A stretch of DNA of 64,000 nucleotides, from contig NIVC01001950.1 of the NCBI GenBank assembly GCA_002269645.1, positions 62,001-126,000 on the forward strand. Direction: 5' to 3'. Source of the DNA: Macrostomum lignano. Taxonomy: Eukaryota. The position numbers and the translations under genes were made by a program. The notes beneath the pieces are model-generated. The model made no database searches and was not told the DNA's origin. It saw only the letters and a list, made by a program, of their open reading frames with translations. Every line of letters starts with the position of its first letter. Position 1 is the first letter of the stretch. Below are positions 47,511-57,642 of the stretch, piece after piece.

Positions 47511-50500
47511 AGATCTTTGCGGGAGAAAATCCGGTGGATTCGGCGACTGTTGCCCGAATCGAGAGAGCTGCTAGCCGGGCTGCAAGAGGCCAATCGAACT
47601 GCCGATCCAAGCAAATAGCACGAATCTGACCTTTTACTGTCTGTATCATTCGCTCAACCTTCCCGTTCGCTTGTGGACGTCGTGCTGTGACACGCGCCAT
47701 GTCCACCTCGAGAAGTCGAGTGAGCTCAGATACGGTGCTGTTGACAAAGGCTGTACCGTTGTCCGAGACTATCTGTTCCATGCACCCGTACCTCGCGATC
47801 CATTCGGTCAGGATTTTGACTGCGGTCGTTTCCGCTGAAACATCGGCTACGGGAATGACCTCTACAAAACCCGAAAATCGGTCAACCATTACAAGCAAGT
47901 ACTTATATCCTGCTTGCTCGGGAAACGGGCCTGCGTGATCGACGTGGACCACCTGGTTCGGGTAGCCCGAGAGTTCGGGCTGCAGCGGGGCTTTATGCTT
48001 TAGTTTTGACTTTTTTGTTCTGGCGCAGACGTCACACTCAGCTATGATTCCCTTGACATAAGTTTCTAGGTCGGCGATGGCGAAACGAGATCGAATAGCT
48101 GTCAGGGTTTTTGTGATGCCGCAGTGATTGAGCTGTCGGTGGTATTTTGACACCAACTCGACAACATCTGTGGTCTCTGGAATCACTAACAGCTTATTGA
48201 CTGATTTTTTGTTCTTTTTCGGCTTAAGGTGATATAAGAGCCCATTTTCGACTTTCAGTTCATCGAACAGCGACCACAATATTCTAACTTCACGACTGCA
48301 ACTCTGCAGGCTAGCCTTAGGAGGCTTTTCTGTACGGCCCTGCACGCAATCGATCAGCTGAGCGATGTCAACGCAAGTCTCTTGTGATTCACGTGCCCAT
48401 TCTAGTTCCGGGTCAACTGACTCGACTGAGGATTCGCTGGATGCCGATTGTTCGACTTCAGCTACCCTGACTGCTAGTCGAGACGTTTCGATTGGCATTG
48501 TCGCTTCGACAGCGGCCTCTGTGACCGGAACTGTAGTGAAAAATGTGCACTGTGTTGATGTGTTGCTTGTGAATTTCTCGGTTTGACAGGCTGATGTTAC
48601 TACTGTTTCGATATTGTGACAGCTCGTGACAGGCGAGTCTGTCTGGCAACATACGTCCGCTACAGAGCATTGCACTGCGGCGTCAACTTGTTGCCTTCTG
48701 ATGTTAACTGATGCTGACTTTTTAGCTTTCTCGCTTTTAAATTTCTCTTGAAATTCAGGTACCATGCTGCATGACGGACAGTCGAAGTGATCTGCACGAA
48801 AGCGAGGATTTCGGCTCAGCATATCTGCCGCCACATGGTCTTTCCCTGGCCGGTACTGGACCTCAAAGTCGTATTCTCCGACTCTTTCAAGAGCTGACTG
48901 TTCGATCTTGAATTCGTACAAATCTATGGTCGCGAGCCACTGCGCGAGCATGCCTGTGGCATGTTTCTTAGAATGAAGCCACTGCAGGGCTGCGGCATCC
49001 ACTCTGACTGTGAAAGGTCGATCTAACAGATATGTACGAAAGTGTTCTAGCATGAGTACTAACCCTAGTAACTCGCGCATGGTTGCGCAATAGTTCGACT
49101 GACTCTGTGAAAATTTCTTAGATGCGTACGCAACGACTTGTTCTGACCCATCTGGGCCAATCTGAGATAGCACGCCGCCAACTCCTTCAAGTGAACTGTC
49201 GCAGTCGAGCACGAACCCACGACTGTCGGGAGACAAGTCCGGATACGCTAATACCGGTGGGTTGCACAAACAGCGCTTGAGTTCTTGGAATGCGCGTTCG
49301 TGGCGTTCTAACCACACGAACTTTTCCGAACCTTTAGCCAGCGCGTACAGCGGCGTGGCAATAACTGAGAATCGTTGTACGAATTTCCTATAATAGTTGG
49401 CAAAGCCAAGAAACGCCATTAACTGTTTCTTGTCTTTCGGTCTACACCACTCTTGGACTGCTCGAGTCTTGGCTGGGTCGGCTTCGATACCGTTAGACGA
49501 GACTATGAACCCTAAGAACTTAACTCTATCTTTAAATAGCTCACACTTCGCAGGTTTAATCTTCAGATTGGCCTTGCGAAGTTGCCAAAGCACCAGCGCT
49601 AGGTGCGCGATCATTTGGTCATTATTCTGTGCTTTTATTATTATATCATCGAGGTAAATTAGGCTAACTTTCATAAGCAATGGCTGAAATACCTTGTGCA
49701 TTAATTTAGCGAAATTCGCTGGGGCTGTTTTGATTCCGAATGGTATTACTTTCCAACGAAACGTGCCCTGTGGACAAGAGAAAGCTGTAAAATCTCTGTC
49801 TTCTTCTTTGATTCCCACCTGCCAATAGGCAGAGGTTAAGTCAAGGCTGCTGAACACCGAAGAACCAGCCAGGCTGTCAAACGACTCTTCAATTAATGGC
49901 AATGGAAAACTACACGGTCGAATTAACTTGTTTACAGCTCGGTAGTCAATACATAGTCTCTGAGACCCATCTTTCTTCTTAACTAACACTATCGGCGATA
50001 CCCAGTCTGAATCACACTCTTCAATTACATCCTGCTTAAGCAATTGACTAATATGTTGATCTAAAAACTCGTTTTGAGCTGGAGTTGTTCTCCTCGAAGC
50101 GAGCAGAACCGGACGACTGTCCTTCTCAATCAGATCGATTGACATTTCATGCAGCTTTGTGCGACCGAGATCACTATCATCCTGTGAGATCTGGCTTAAA
50201 AAGTAATTAAGCATGCGCAAAGTTAGGGCTAATTGATTTGGAGTCAGACTGGACTGGTCGAGTCGGAACTGTTTCACAAGCCATTCTGCTGTACCTTTTT
50301 CTGGTGGTGGTAATCTTGAAAGCTTACTGTTGAGGAGATTGCAGTTGTCTATGGAAAAATCCTTCTCAGACAAAGCAGTTGGTACTACAACTTCTCCATG
50401 ACCGAGCTCTTGAAAAGATGCAATCTCTTGGTCACGCTCAATCCTAGCTGGTTGATCGCTACTATTTAGCAATCGGACTAACACGTGATTCGTCGGGCTG

Positions 50501-51858
50501 ACTCTATCCACTGACCTAGCTACAAAAAATTCTGAGTCTGTATTGAAAAGTTTAGAGGAGACTGTGCCACTCAGGTTTGGCACAGTGTCAATCACTCGAC
50601 TCGGCACTAGGGTTTCCGAGTGAGGTGGTAGCTCAGAGGTACAAGCAGCCAATACACGGCGTATGCGAAACACCCCCTTATCGCCCTCGATCACAGGCAC
50701 TGCTCCACCGGCCACGAGTACCTGGCCACAGGTGAAATCCAGCAGCACCTGGAAACCACGGAGGAAATCAATACCTAAGAGCGATTCAGCAGTGGATTCT
50801 TCGGTCACAAGGAAAACGTGATGCTTTTTAATCTTGCCTAGTTCAACTTCGCAGCGCAAAGAGCCTAAAATCTTGGTGGTGGACCCGTTGAAAGCCGTTG
50901 CCTTTGCGTCTTTGTGCGCTGGCGAAAAGATGTTGTTGATCGGATCGGCTTCAACCAGTCTCTCCATGGCTTGCTTCCCCATCACGCTGGCGTTTGCCCC
51001 CGAGTCAAGGCAAGCCATGACTTGGTTGTCCCCGATTCGCAACTGGACAAAGAAGCTGGAATCCACCGCAGGCTCATCGGAACTAGTTTGGCCTAAATGC
51101 GTCTGATTGATCGATGGAATTGGCCTTACCCCACAAGCCTGATCGCGCTTCTTGCCCGAGTCAATTTTCCGATGGAATTGGACTCTTGTGCCCACGAGTT
51201 GGTGCTGGTCAGCCGAACGGTTCAAGGATTCAGACAGCTCACCACGGTGAAAGAAGAGCTGGTCGGGAAGTTGTTCTGATTGAATGAACCCGAAGTTCCC
51301 CTTCCAGGAAACAATTGAACCAACCTCCGACATATGCTGGGCCTGATTATTTGGAGGATGACTCTTAGCAGCGGTCTGGTGGGCTTTTGGAGGTGATGGT
51401 GTGATGGGACAGTCGGCAATGAAATGGTCCTCACCACCGCACCTGTAGCATTTCCTTGATCTGGACACCGCTGTACCAAATTGCTGAGTTGCCCCGTGAT
51501 TTGGCGGTTGTTTATTCTTGTGCTTGTTATGTGGCTTGTGTTGGTTTGAATTTTGGATTGACTTGTTAGATGGTTGTGGTTGGTTGACAGCAACAGGCTT
51601 GGAAACTCCAGCCTGGTTCTGGAGTCGAAGGAGTCTCTCTAGCTCTTGTACTCTTGCCTCCAGAGACGCCTTCTCGGTTTCAAGGACACGGATATTCGCA
51701 GAGGAGTTTGGAGCGGGTTGCAGAAGTTGCTGAATACCAACGATCTCCTTGGCCTTCTTAACCAACTCGGCAGACGGGACAGTCTTAGCCTTTGCCCCAC
51801 TAGACTCATCACTCACCCCTGCATCACTGCTCCAAAGCAAGAGTTTTTCTGCGAGCAC
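47494..51858 (-). CDS. pol: Gag C-terminus/Pol: CCHC knuckle, cold-shock domain, aspartic protease, RT, RNase H, integrase
   Basis: CYRCGGEDHFIADC; GNFGFI..LFFH; LDSGA; LCIDYR, IYLDDII; LDCDSS; H-H-C-C; VHVDH, IVSDNG, GKVERM. Confidence 0.95.
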   Translation of the reverse strand: MLAEKLLLWSSDAGVSDESSGAKAKTVPSAELVKKAKEIVGIQQLLQPAPNSSANIRVLETEKASLEARVQELERLLRLQNQAGVSKPVAVNQPQPSNKSIQNSNQHKPHNKHKNKQPPNHGATQQFGTAVSRSRKCYRCGGEDHFIADCPITPSPPKAHQTAAKSHPPNNQAQHMSEVGSIVSWKGNFGFIQSEQLPDQLFFHRGELSESLNRSADQHQLVGTRVQFHRKIDSGKKRDQACGVRPIPSINQTHLGQTSSDEPAVDSSFFVQLRIGDNQVMACLDSGANASVMGKQAMERLVEADPINNIFSPAHKDAKATAFNGSTTKILGSLRCEVELGKIKKHHVFLVTEESTAESLLGIDFLRGFQVLLDFTCGQVLVAGGAVPVIEGDKGVFRIRRVLAACTSELPPHSETLVPSRVIDTVPNLSGTVSSKLFNTDSEFFVARSVDRVSPTNHVLVRLLNSSDQPARIERDQEIASFQELGHGEVVVPTALSEKDFSIDNCNLLNSKLSRLPPPEKGTAEWLVKQFRLDQSSLTPNQLALTLRMLNYFLSQISQDDSDLGRTKLHEMSIDLIEKDSRPVLLASRRTTPAQNEFLDQHISQLLKQDVIEECDSDWVSPIVLVKKKDGSQRLCIDYRAVNKLIRPCSFPLPLIEESFDSLAGSSVFSSLDLTSAYWQVGIKEEDRDFTAFSCPQGTFRWKVIPFGIKTAPANFAKLMHKVFQPLLMKVSLIYLDDIIIKAQNNDQMIAHLALVLWQLRKANLKIKPAKCELFKDRVKFLGFIVSSNGIEADPAKTRAVQEWCRPKDKKQLMAFLGFANYYRKFVQRFSVIATPLYALAKGSEKFVWLERHERAFQELKRCLCNPPVLAYPDLSPDSRGFVLDCDSSLEGVGGVLSQIGPDGSEQVVAYASKKFSQSQSNYCATMRELLGLVLMLEHFRTYLLDRPFTVRVDAAALQWLHSKKHATGMLAQWLATIDLYEFKIEQSALERVGEYDFEVQYRPGKDHVAADMLSRNPRFRADHFDCPSCSMVPEFQEKFKSEKAKKSASVNIRRQQVDAAVQCSVADVCCQTDSPVTSCHNIETVVTSACQTEKFTSNTSTQCTFFTTVPVTEAAVEATMPIETSRLAVRVAEVEQSASSESSVESVDPELEWARESQETCVDIAQLIDCVQGRTEKPPKASLQSCSREVRILWSLFDELKVENGLLYHLKPKKNKKSVNKLLVIPETTDVVELVSKYHRQLNHCGITKTLTAIRSRFAIADLETYVKGIIAECDVCARTKKSKLKHKAPLQPELSGYPNQVVHVDHAGPFPEQAGYKYLLVMVDRFSGFVEVIPVADVSAETTAVKILTEWIARYGCMEQIVSDNGTAFVNSTVSELTRLLEVDMARVTARRPQANGKVERMIQTVKGQIRAICLDRQFDWPLAARLAALSIRATVAESTGFSPAKIFLDTS

Positions 51859-51954
51859 CTTATCCCGAATGCCATGGCACAGCCTCGCTCGTAATAAAGG
51901 TTCAGCTTCAGTAGATGAGAGGTCTGCTAACCGGGCATAAGATGCTAACCCATC

Positions 51955-52473
51955 CTAAAACTCGGCAATCGATTCGGTGCTGTTCTGGTGAGCGGCAACT
52001 AGTTCCATATAACTTTTCTCCCTAACGTTAGAGTCAGTGTAACGCGCTCTCATAGACTTCAGTGCCTCTTCACAGGTCTGGTCCGTGAGATTGTTATTTA
52101 GAAAGTACTCCTGGCATTCTGGTGCCAGAAGGGACAGCAGGACTGAAGTCTGTTGAAAGTGAGGAACCCTATGAGCTTCAATGTAGGCATTGAACTGAGC
52201 TTCCCAGGCATCAAACTTCGTGGTGCAAGTGAACAACGGTGGCGGCCGAAGCTTAATGCCTGTAGCTGTTTCCTTCTGTTGACTCTGGTAGAACGATTGA
52301 GAACGGGACTCTCTTGAGAATTGATTTTCTAACAACCGGTGCAGTGCGGCAATGGTACTAGCAAGAAGTGGCTCTGAGTCTGTAGTGTTACTTGACACAA
52401 ACTTTCTTTCCTGAGCAGAAGCGGCTGGATTTGGAGAGCCAGCAGTGGCACCCCTGTCCTCGCGGTCACTCAT
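51955..52473 (-). CDS. gag: gag N-terminal part (interrupted by an in-frame TAG at 51955-51957)
   Basis: LRPPPLFTCTTKFDAWEAQF gag motif; the frame stays open past the TAG into the 47494-51858 ORF. Confidence 0.8.
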   Translation of the reverse strand: MSDREDRGATAGSPNPAASAQERKFVSSNTTDSEPLLASTIAALHRLLENQFSRESRSQSFYQSQQKETATGIKLRPPPLFTCTTKFDAWEAQFNAYIEAHRVPHFQQTSVLLSLLAPECQEYFLNNNLTDQTCEEALKSMRARYTDSNVREKSYMELVAAHQNSTESIAEF

Positions 52474-52829
52474 GATCGGCTCGGCAACGAAGAGAAGGCA
52501 GCAAGAAAGAGAGAGAAAGCGGAAAACGAGAGAAGAACAAAAGCAAAAGCACACAGTGTCTGGCAGGACCTAATGCCCAGCCTAAAGAATCTAAACTAAA
52601 ATCACACAAACCAAATGCTAACCTGCCAGACAAGAGTCCTAAAAGACACACACAGAGGGATTCATACCGGTTTACGAAACGTGATTGCGGGCTTAGCTGG
52701 TATCGTCGCTCGGACAGTCGTAGATGGCCTCTGGCGGATGCAGACTGTGTCTCGGCCGATGTGCAGATCGCTCCGGCCGATGGAGATCGTCTTTGGGCCA
52801 CTTGCAGATAGCAGATCGCCTCAGCTCAC

Positions 52830-53045
52830 CGCTGATCGCCAGAAATCGTCGCAGGTCGCTGCAGATCACCGCAGATGGTCTCAGATCGCCGCAGATTGCT
52901 GCAGATCGCCGTAGATCGTTGCAGATCGCCGCAGATCGCCGCAGAACGTCGCAGATCGCCACAGATCGCCGCAGATCGTCGCAGATCGCCGCAGATCGTC
53001 GCAGATCGTCGCAGATCGTCGCAGAACGTTGCAGATCGCCACAAA
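52830..53045. repeat. 10-bp tandem repeat (GCAGATCGCC/T) in the gypsy 5' leader
   Basis: Lies between the PBS and the gag ATG. Confidence 0.9.
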
Positions 53046-53108
53046 TAACAACGAAAATAGGCAGATGGGTGATCTAAGACCTCCGAGGAGCCGTGCGGGT
53101 CGAGTTGA

Positions 53109-53126
53109 GTCTCGGTGGGACTTCCA
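53109..53126 (-). promoter_or_regulatory. Primer-binding site complementary to the tRNA-Gln 3' end
   Basis: Plus strand GTCTCGGTGGGACTTCCA versus the eukaryotic tRNA-Gln terminus ..TCTCGGTGGGACCTCCA, recalled from memory. Confidence 0.8.
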
Positions 53127-56100
53127 AATTTATGTGACGAATAAAGGCAGGAAGACGTGCAGTTTGTGTAGCGATTAAATTTGATAATCTAGAGCCAGTA
53201 GCCGACTTCCCTTAGCGTAAATTGCAGATTCAGATTTGGTATGTTGAATTGAAGGTTAGGTTTTGATTGGTAGCTGCTTAATTTTAGTGCGACTAAAGCA
53301 ATTGAATGCGACGGCTAAGGGGCCCGCGAGAAGCGGAGCGAAAACTCAGGAGAGAAGGGGGAGAGCGGCGGCTGGCTGCAAGCGTATATTTAATTGGTAA
53401 GGTAAACAGATAACAAACAACAGCGACCCTAATCCAAAACCCAGACAAACCCCCACGCGGCGCGCAATGTACATGTACAAATCAATCGATAAATATATCA
53501 TGCAAGAATAACATACGTCAGTACATGTACATAGGTAGAACTACCTTACGATAAATAATAACGATATGAATGAAATACAAATAATAGAATAAATACATAC
53601 GAGGCTACAAAAACAAATCAATTAACAGTAAAAATAGCGCGATAATAATACGTACGAATATTGTTAAAATAAATGGAAGAATACAGTAGTAGCACGGTAT
53701 GCATATGAAAATAAAGAAATACGATACACGCGTTTCTACGAATCACACTGTCACAATATCTTAAAAGTTCTTATAGGGAAGATAACAAACTCATTACGTT
53801 AGAAGCATATAAAAAATATTTTCCCAAAGGGACCCGTAGTATACACCGTATATACATACACGTATACTAAATTTTTGTTTGTTATATAAATTTTGTAAGC
53901 TGAATAATTGTTCATAATGAAAATGCATCATCATTGGATGGGGTCATAACAATGCTCATAACAGCCAGCCAATTTTATTCAACAATGAACTCTGCCTCTG
54001 CCTTCAATATTCGTAATTGCAGCTTCCATCCTGCATAAAAGTTCTTTTTTAACGGATGCTTAAAATTGATAAATCTTTAAAAAATTGCGATAAACAAAAT
54101 TACGCTTAGAAAACTGACATCCTACTTTATCTTTTTTTGCACGACTTGCAGTATTAAAATAAAAAAAAACTAGCTTTACTAGCTATAAAGCTCTACCTTA
54201 ACTTTTTTCTTAAAAAGTCGTTTCGTCTGACGGCAGACGAAATGACCACGCACCGGCCTATCGCCTAGATACCCTAAGGGCCTAACCCCTAACCCAAAAT
54301 AAGCCTATCTAAACTAGATAGATTACTAGATCTTACTTTTCAAGCTATCTAGAGGCTTTGAAAGAGTTCTAGTTTGTTTTATTGCTTTTAGTACAAAAGA
54401 ACAAATCAAAAGTTTTTATTAAACTTGTTCATTTCAATAAAAATAAAAGGCTAAAAAGGGTAAGTTTACACCTCATTAATTTACTTGTTTTTATATATTT
54501 ATAATTTTATTTCAATAAACATTAATACCATCATGGTATCAATGTTAAGTAGATATTATAAATCTTACATCATAATAAATATTCCATCAAAAGTATAGTC
54601 CAGACTTCAAGACTTTATTAGTGAGTTTTTGAAAGTTTTATAGTAGACCTAACTTTTTATTTTATTTAATAAAATAATATATCATTTTGACTCATTCACT
54701 AGAATACAAATGTAGGGGCCTAAAAGTTTTCAAAGTTGCTAATGAAAAATTCTACAATAATTCTATTGCTGTGACCAGGGCAGTTGTAAACAAGACTAAG
54801 TTATAGGCCTAATTATATCAAACTTGGCAATTTTTCTATTTTGGGTATTAAATCCTACCACTAGTGAGGTGGGGGTAAAGAAGTTTTCTTGGAAATTGGT
54901 TGGTTTTTTTTGAAATTTGCTGGCACCAGTGAGGTAGGGCAGATTCCTCGTTTGAATTACTGCCAACATTAGGTTCGCACAAATGAAGCTGGAAATCGCG
55001 CAGATGAATCACAACAAAATTTCTTCTCTTGTTTTACTCTGACAGCCAGGTTCTCGTAATCATAGCAGAGCGGTCATTAGCGGCGCAGTCATTCAAAGCG
55101 ATGAAACATTGGAGATTTCTGGCTTGATAAATTAATGCGTCAATTTGTTGAGCTAGTTACTTTTAGTAGGGTAGTTGCTGCCACCACTGTAATTTACGTA
55201 TTACGGAACGAATGAGTCTCAGAGCTTTCTTTGAGATAAGATCTTTGGTTATTATACGCCCTACAAGCAAATGACTCAAGAAATACTATGGGCGAAATCC
55301 AAAAACGTGGGACATATTTTTTCAGATTTCATTTTTTGCAAGTAAAAAACAAGTAAATGGCTAAGAATTATTGAAAATCTACCAAAGAATCAAGAAAGTA
55401 TAATAAAAGCACAAATAAACTGTATATAAAGTGTGCTTGAAAGAAAAGATTTGTTAAAACTTTGAACTAAATAACGATTAAAATAGTGCTGATAAAACAG
55501 TTAATAAAGCTTTTTTACTATAGTAAATAACCTTAAATAAGTTATTTGTATCAAGTTTTTATTAGCATGGTCACATTTTGCAAATAATTTAGGTGTATTT
55601 TGTTAATGTCATTGTTGCTCCTAACAACCTTTATAATTTGCGATTAAAAGTGGTTACTTCTTGGAGTCATTTACTAAATTGAACGCGTCATTTAATGTGT
55701 TAGGGAAAATTAAATTTACGTTATTAATACTTAGTAAACCTCTCTTTTCAGAGTATCAACTGTAAAGCAAGTTAGAAGAGTGCCATTGTAAGTTTAAAGT
55801 ACAATTTTTACCTGGAATAACTTTATGAATTTAATTTGCAACATCTTTTTTTAATTTAACAATAATTAAAAATTCTCGAGATTTAAATTCAATTATGCTT
55901 TTTCCTTTGCAGAGTGCTCCATGATACTGAATGCGATCAGTAATCCAAGTCTCAGATTTTAAGTCTTCCAGAACGATTATTTCGGCATATTGATTAACTT
56001 TTGATATTAAATATACAATGTAAAAGATTTTTCAATGTCAAACATTTTTAATCAAAGAAAAGGTCTGGCATTAATCTATTTAAATTTAAGCACTTTAACT

Positions 56101-57383
56101 CATGCATCAAGTTCTGTTAATAAGAAACTACTACTAGTGTTAATTATATATTTGAATTGTTATTACAAAACTTAAAAACAGTATTAACATTAAAAAAATG
56201 CAGAACATGAAAAGTAACGGTTAATACAAATAACATTATATTAATTAATAATGTGATAATTCTTCTTACAAAATGCAGTAAAAAGCAAAAAAAATTATTA
56301 CAAAACTTATTGGTGTAGCATTTAAAAAACATTAAGGTGCCAATTTGCTGAGTTATTTAAACCTCTTCAAATTTTCCAAAGAAGTTAAATTTGACTTTCA
56401 TATTTTGTGTTTCTTGATTTTCCTTCATTTATTTTTTATAACTGCAAATTGGCACTTGTCTCCCTTCTTTCTACATGCCACTAAGTCAGTGACTGCTTCG
56501 TCTTCATTTTTTTTTCTTTCTTTGGGTGTTTGATTTACTTTCCCCTTTGGTGGCACTTCCAACATTGGGCACTTCTTTTTGGCAGCAATATAGTCCTGGA
56601 CTGTGTACGTTTTGTCCATTATCTGAAATGTAAGCACAAGAATGAACTGAATTAGTTGGAAGTTGGAACCAAAAAATGAATTGGCTTTAAGCAGAAAAAA
56701 ATGTAAATAAATGCACTATAGTGGCATGACTTATCTAATGTAGGCCAGAATGACATTTAATAGACTTTTAAATTTCATAAACTTTTAATAGACATTCTCT
56801 ACGAGAGGAGTTAAGTCTTGAGCTTCAGAAAAAGTATAAATCATGTAATATTTGGCTTATGTAAGTACCATTAAATAAGTGGGTTACACCATGCAACAAC
56901 AAATAACTAATAAGTATATGTTTTGTAAGTGTCAAAAGGAAATGAATAAGATGGAAGACAAAGTCAGCTAAACATTTATTCCTGTCAGCTACACAATGCT
57001 GACCCTAAATAATTGACTAAGCTCAACTACTATCGCAGTAATAAGGGTCCCTAAGTCCCTAGTACTTATAGTCAAATTTTGGGTTGCATAGCCATTAGAT
57101 GAGCTGATGCACACTTGTAGACGATGCAGCTTTGTACTTTGCCATAGTGTAGTCCGTGTAGTGCAGCTTGTAATTCACCAGTCGCCATAGTGTAGTCCTT
57201 CATCCTGGTGTTATCAGCTGAGTCCATCCTCGTCCTAGGTGTTTAAAGTATTTTATTGGCATTATTACTGCGTAGCATAATCAATGACTTCATAGACCTA
57301 TATTTTAATACATGTAGAAGTGTACTAAAAAAGTAAAAAAGAACTAAAAGTATTAAAGTCAAAAGTCTATACGCAGGCATCCA

Positions 57384-57600
57384 TCAGTCATCCCTCCTAC
57401 AATCCTCGCAAAAGTACATGTCAGGTAGGTCGTTGTAGTCAAAACCAATACAGTAAAGGTGGAACCAGTCATCACATCCATCACAGGCAGTCATTTCTAT
57501 CTCTTGGCGCTCCGGTGGCAGGCTTGAGATGATGCAGTCTGGCGCCTTGCACTTGTTCCAGTCGCCGCCATGTCGTCCTTCATCCTGTTGTCTGCGGCCG

Positions 57601-57642
<42 letters not shown>

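Larger units (their letters stand above)
45431..53755 (-). mobile_element. Ty3/gypsy LTR retrotransposon with a cold-shock domain in Gag-Pol
   Basis: 5' LTR 53133-53755 (TGTGAC..GTCACA), tRNA-Gln PBS 53109-53126, PPT at 45575-45588, 3' LTR start 45574 sharing ~140 bp with the 5' LTR; domain order PR-RT-RH-IN. Confidence 0.93.

Noticed and set aside
46493-47614. An env-like third ORF in the gypsy element
   Set aside because: It is the frameshifted integrase C-terminus (GHELNLPLD, GDLVWV, GPYKV) and has no signal peptide or TM segment.
51952-51960. Programmed stop-codon readthrough between gag and pol
   Set aside because: The TAG falls inside the capsid-like region, well before the zinc knuckle, not at the gag/protease junction; a nonsense mutation or base error is more likely.
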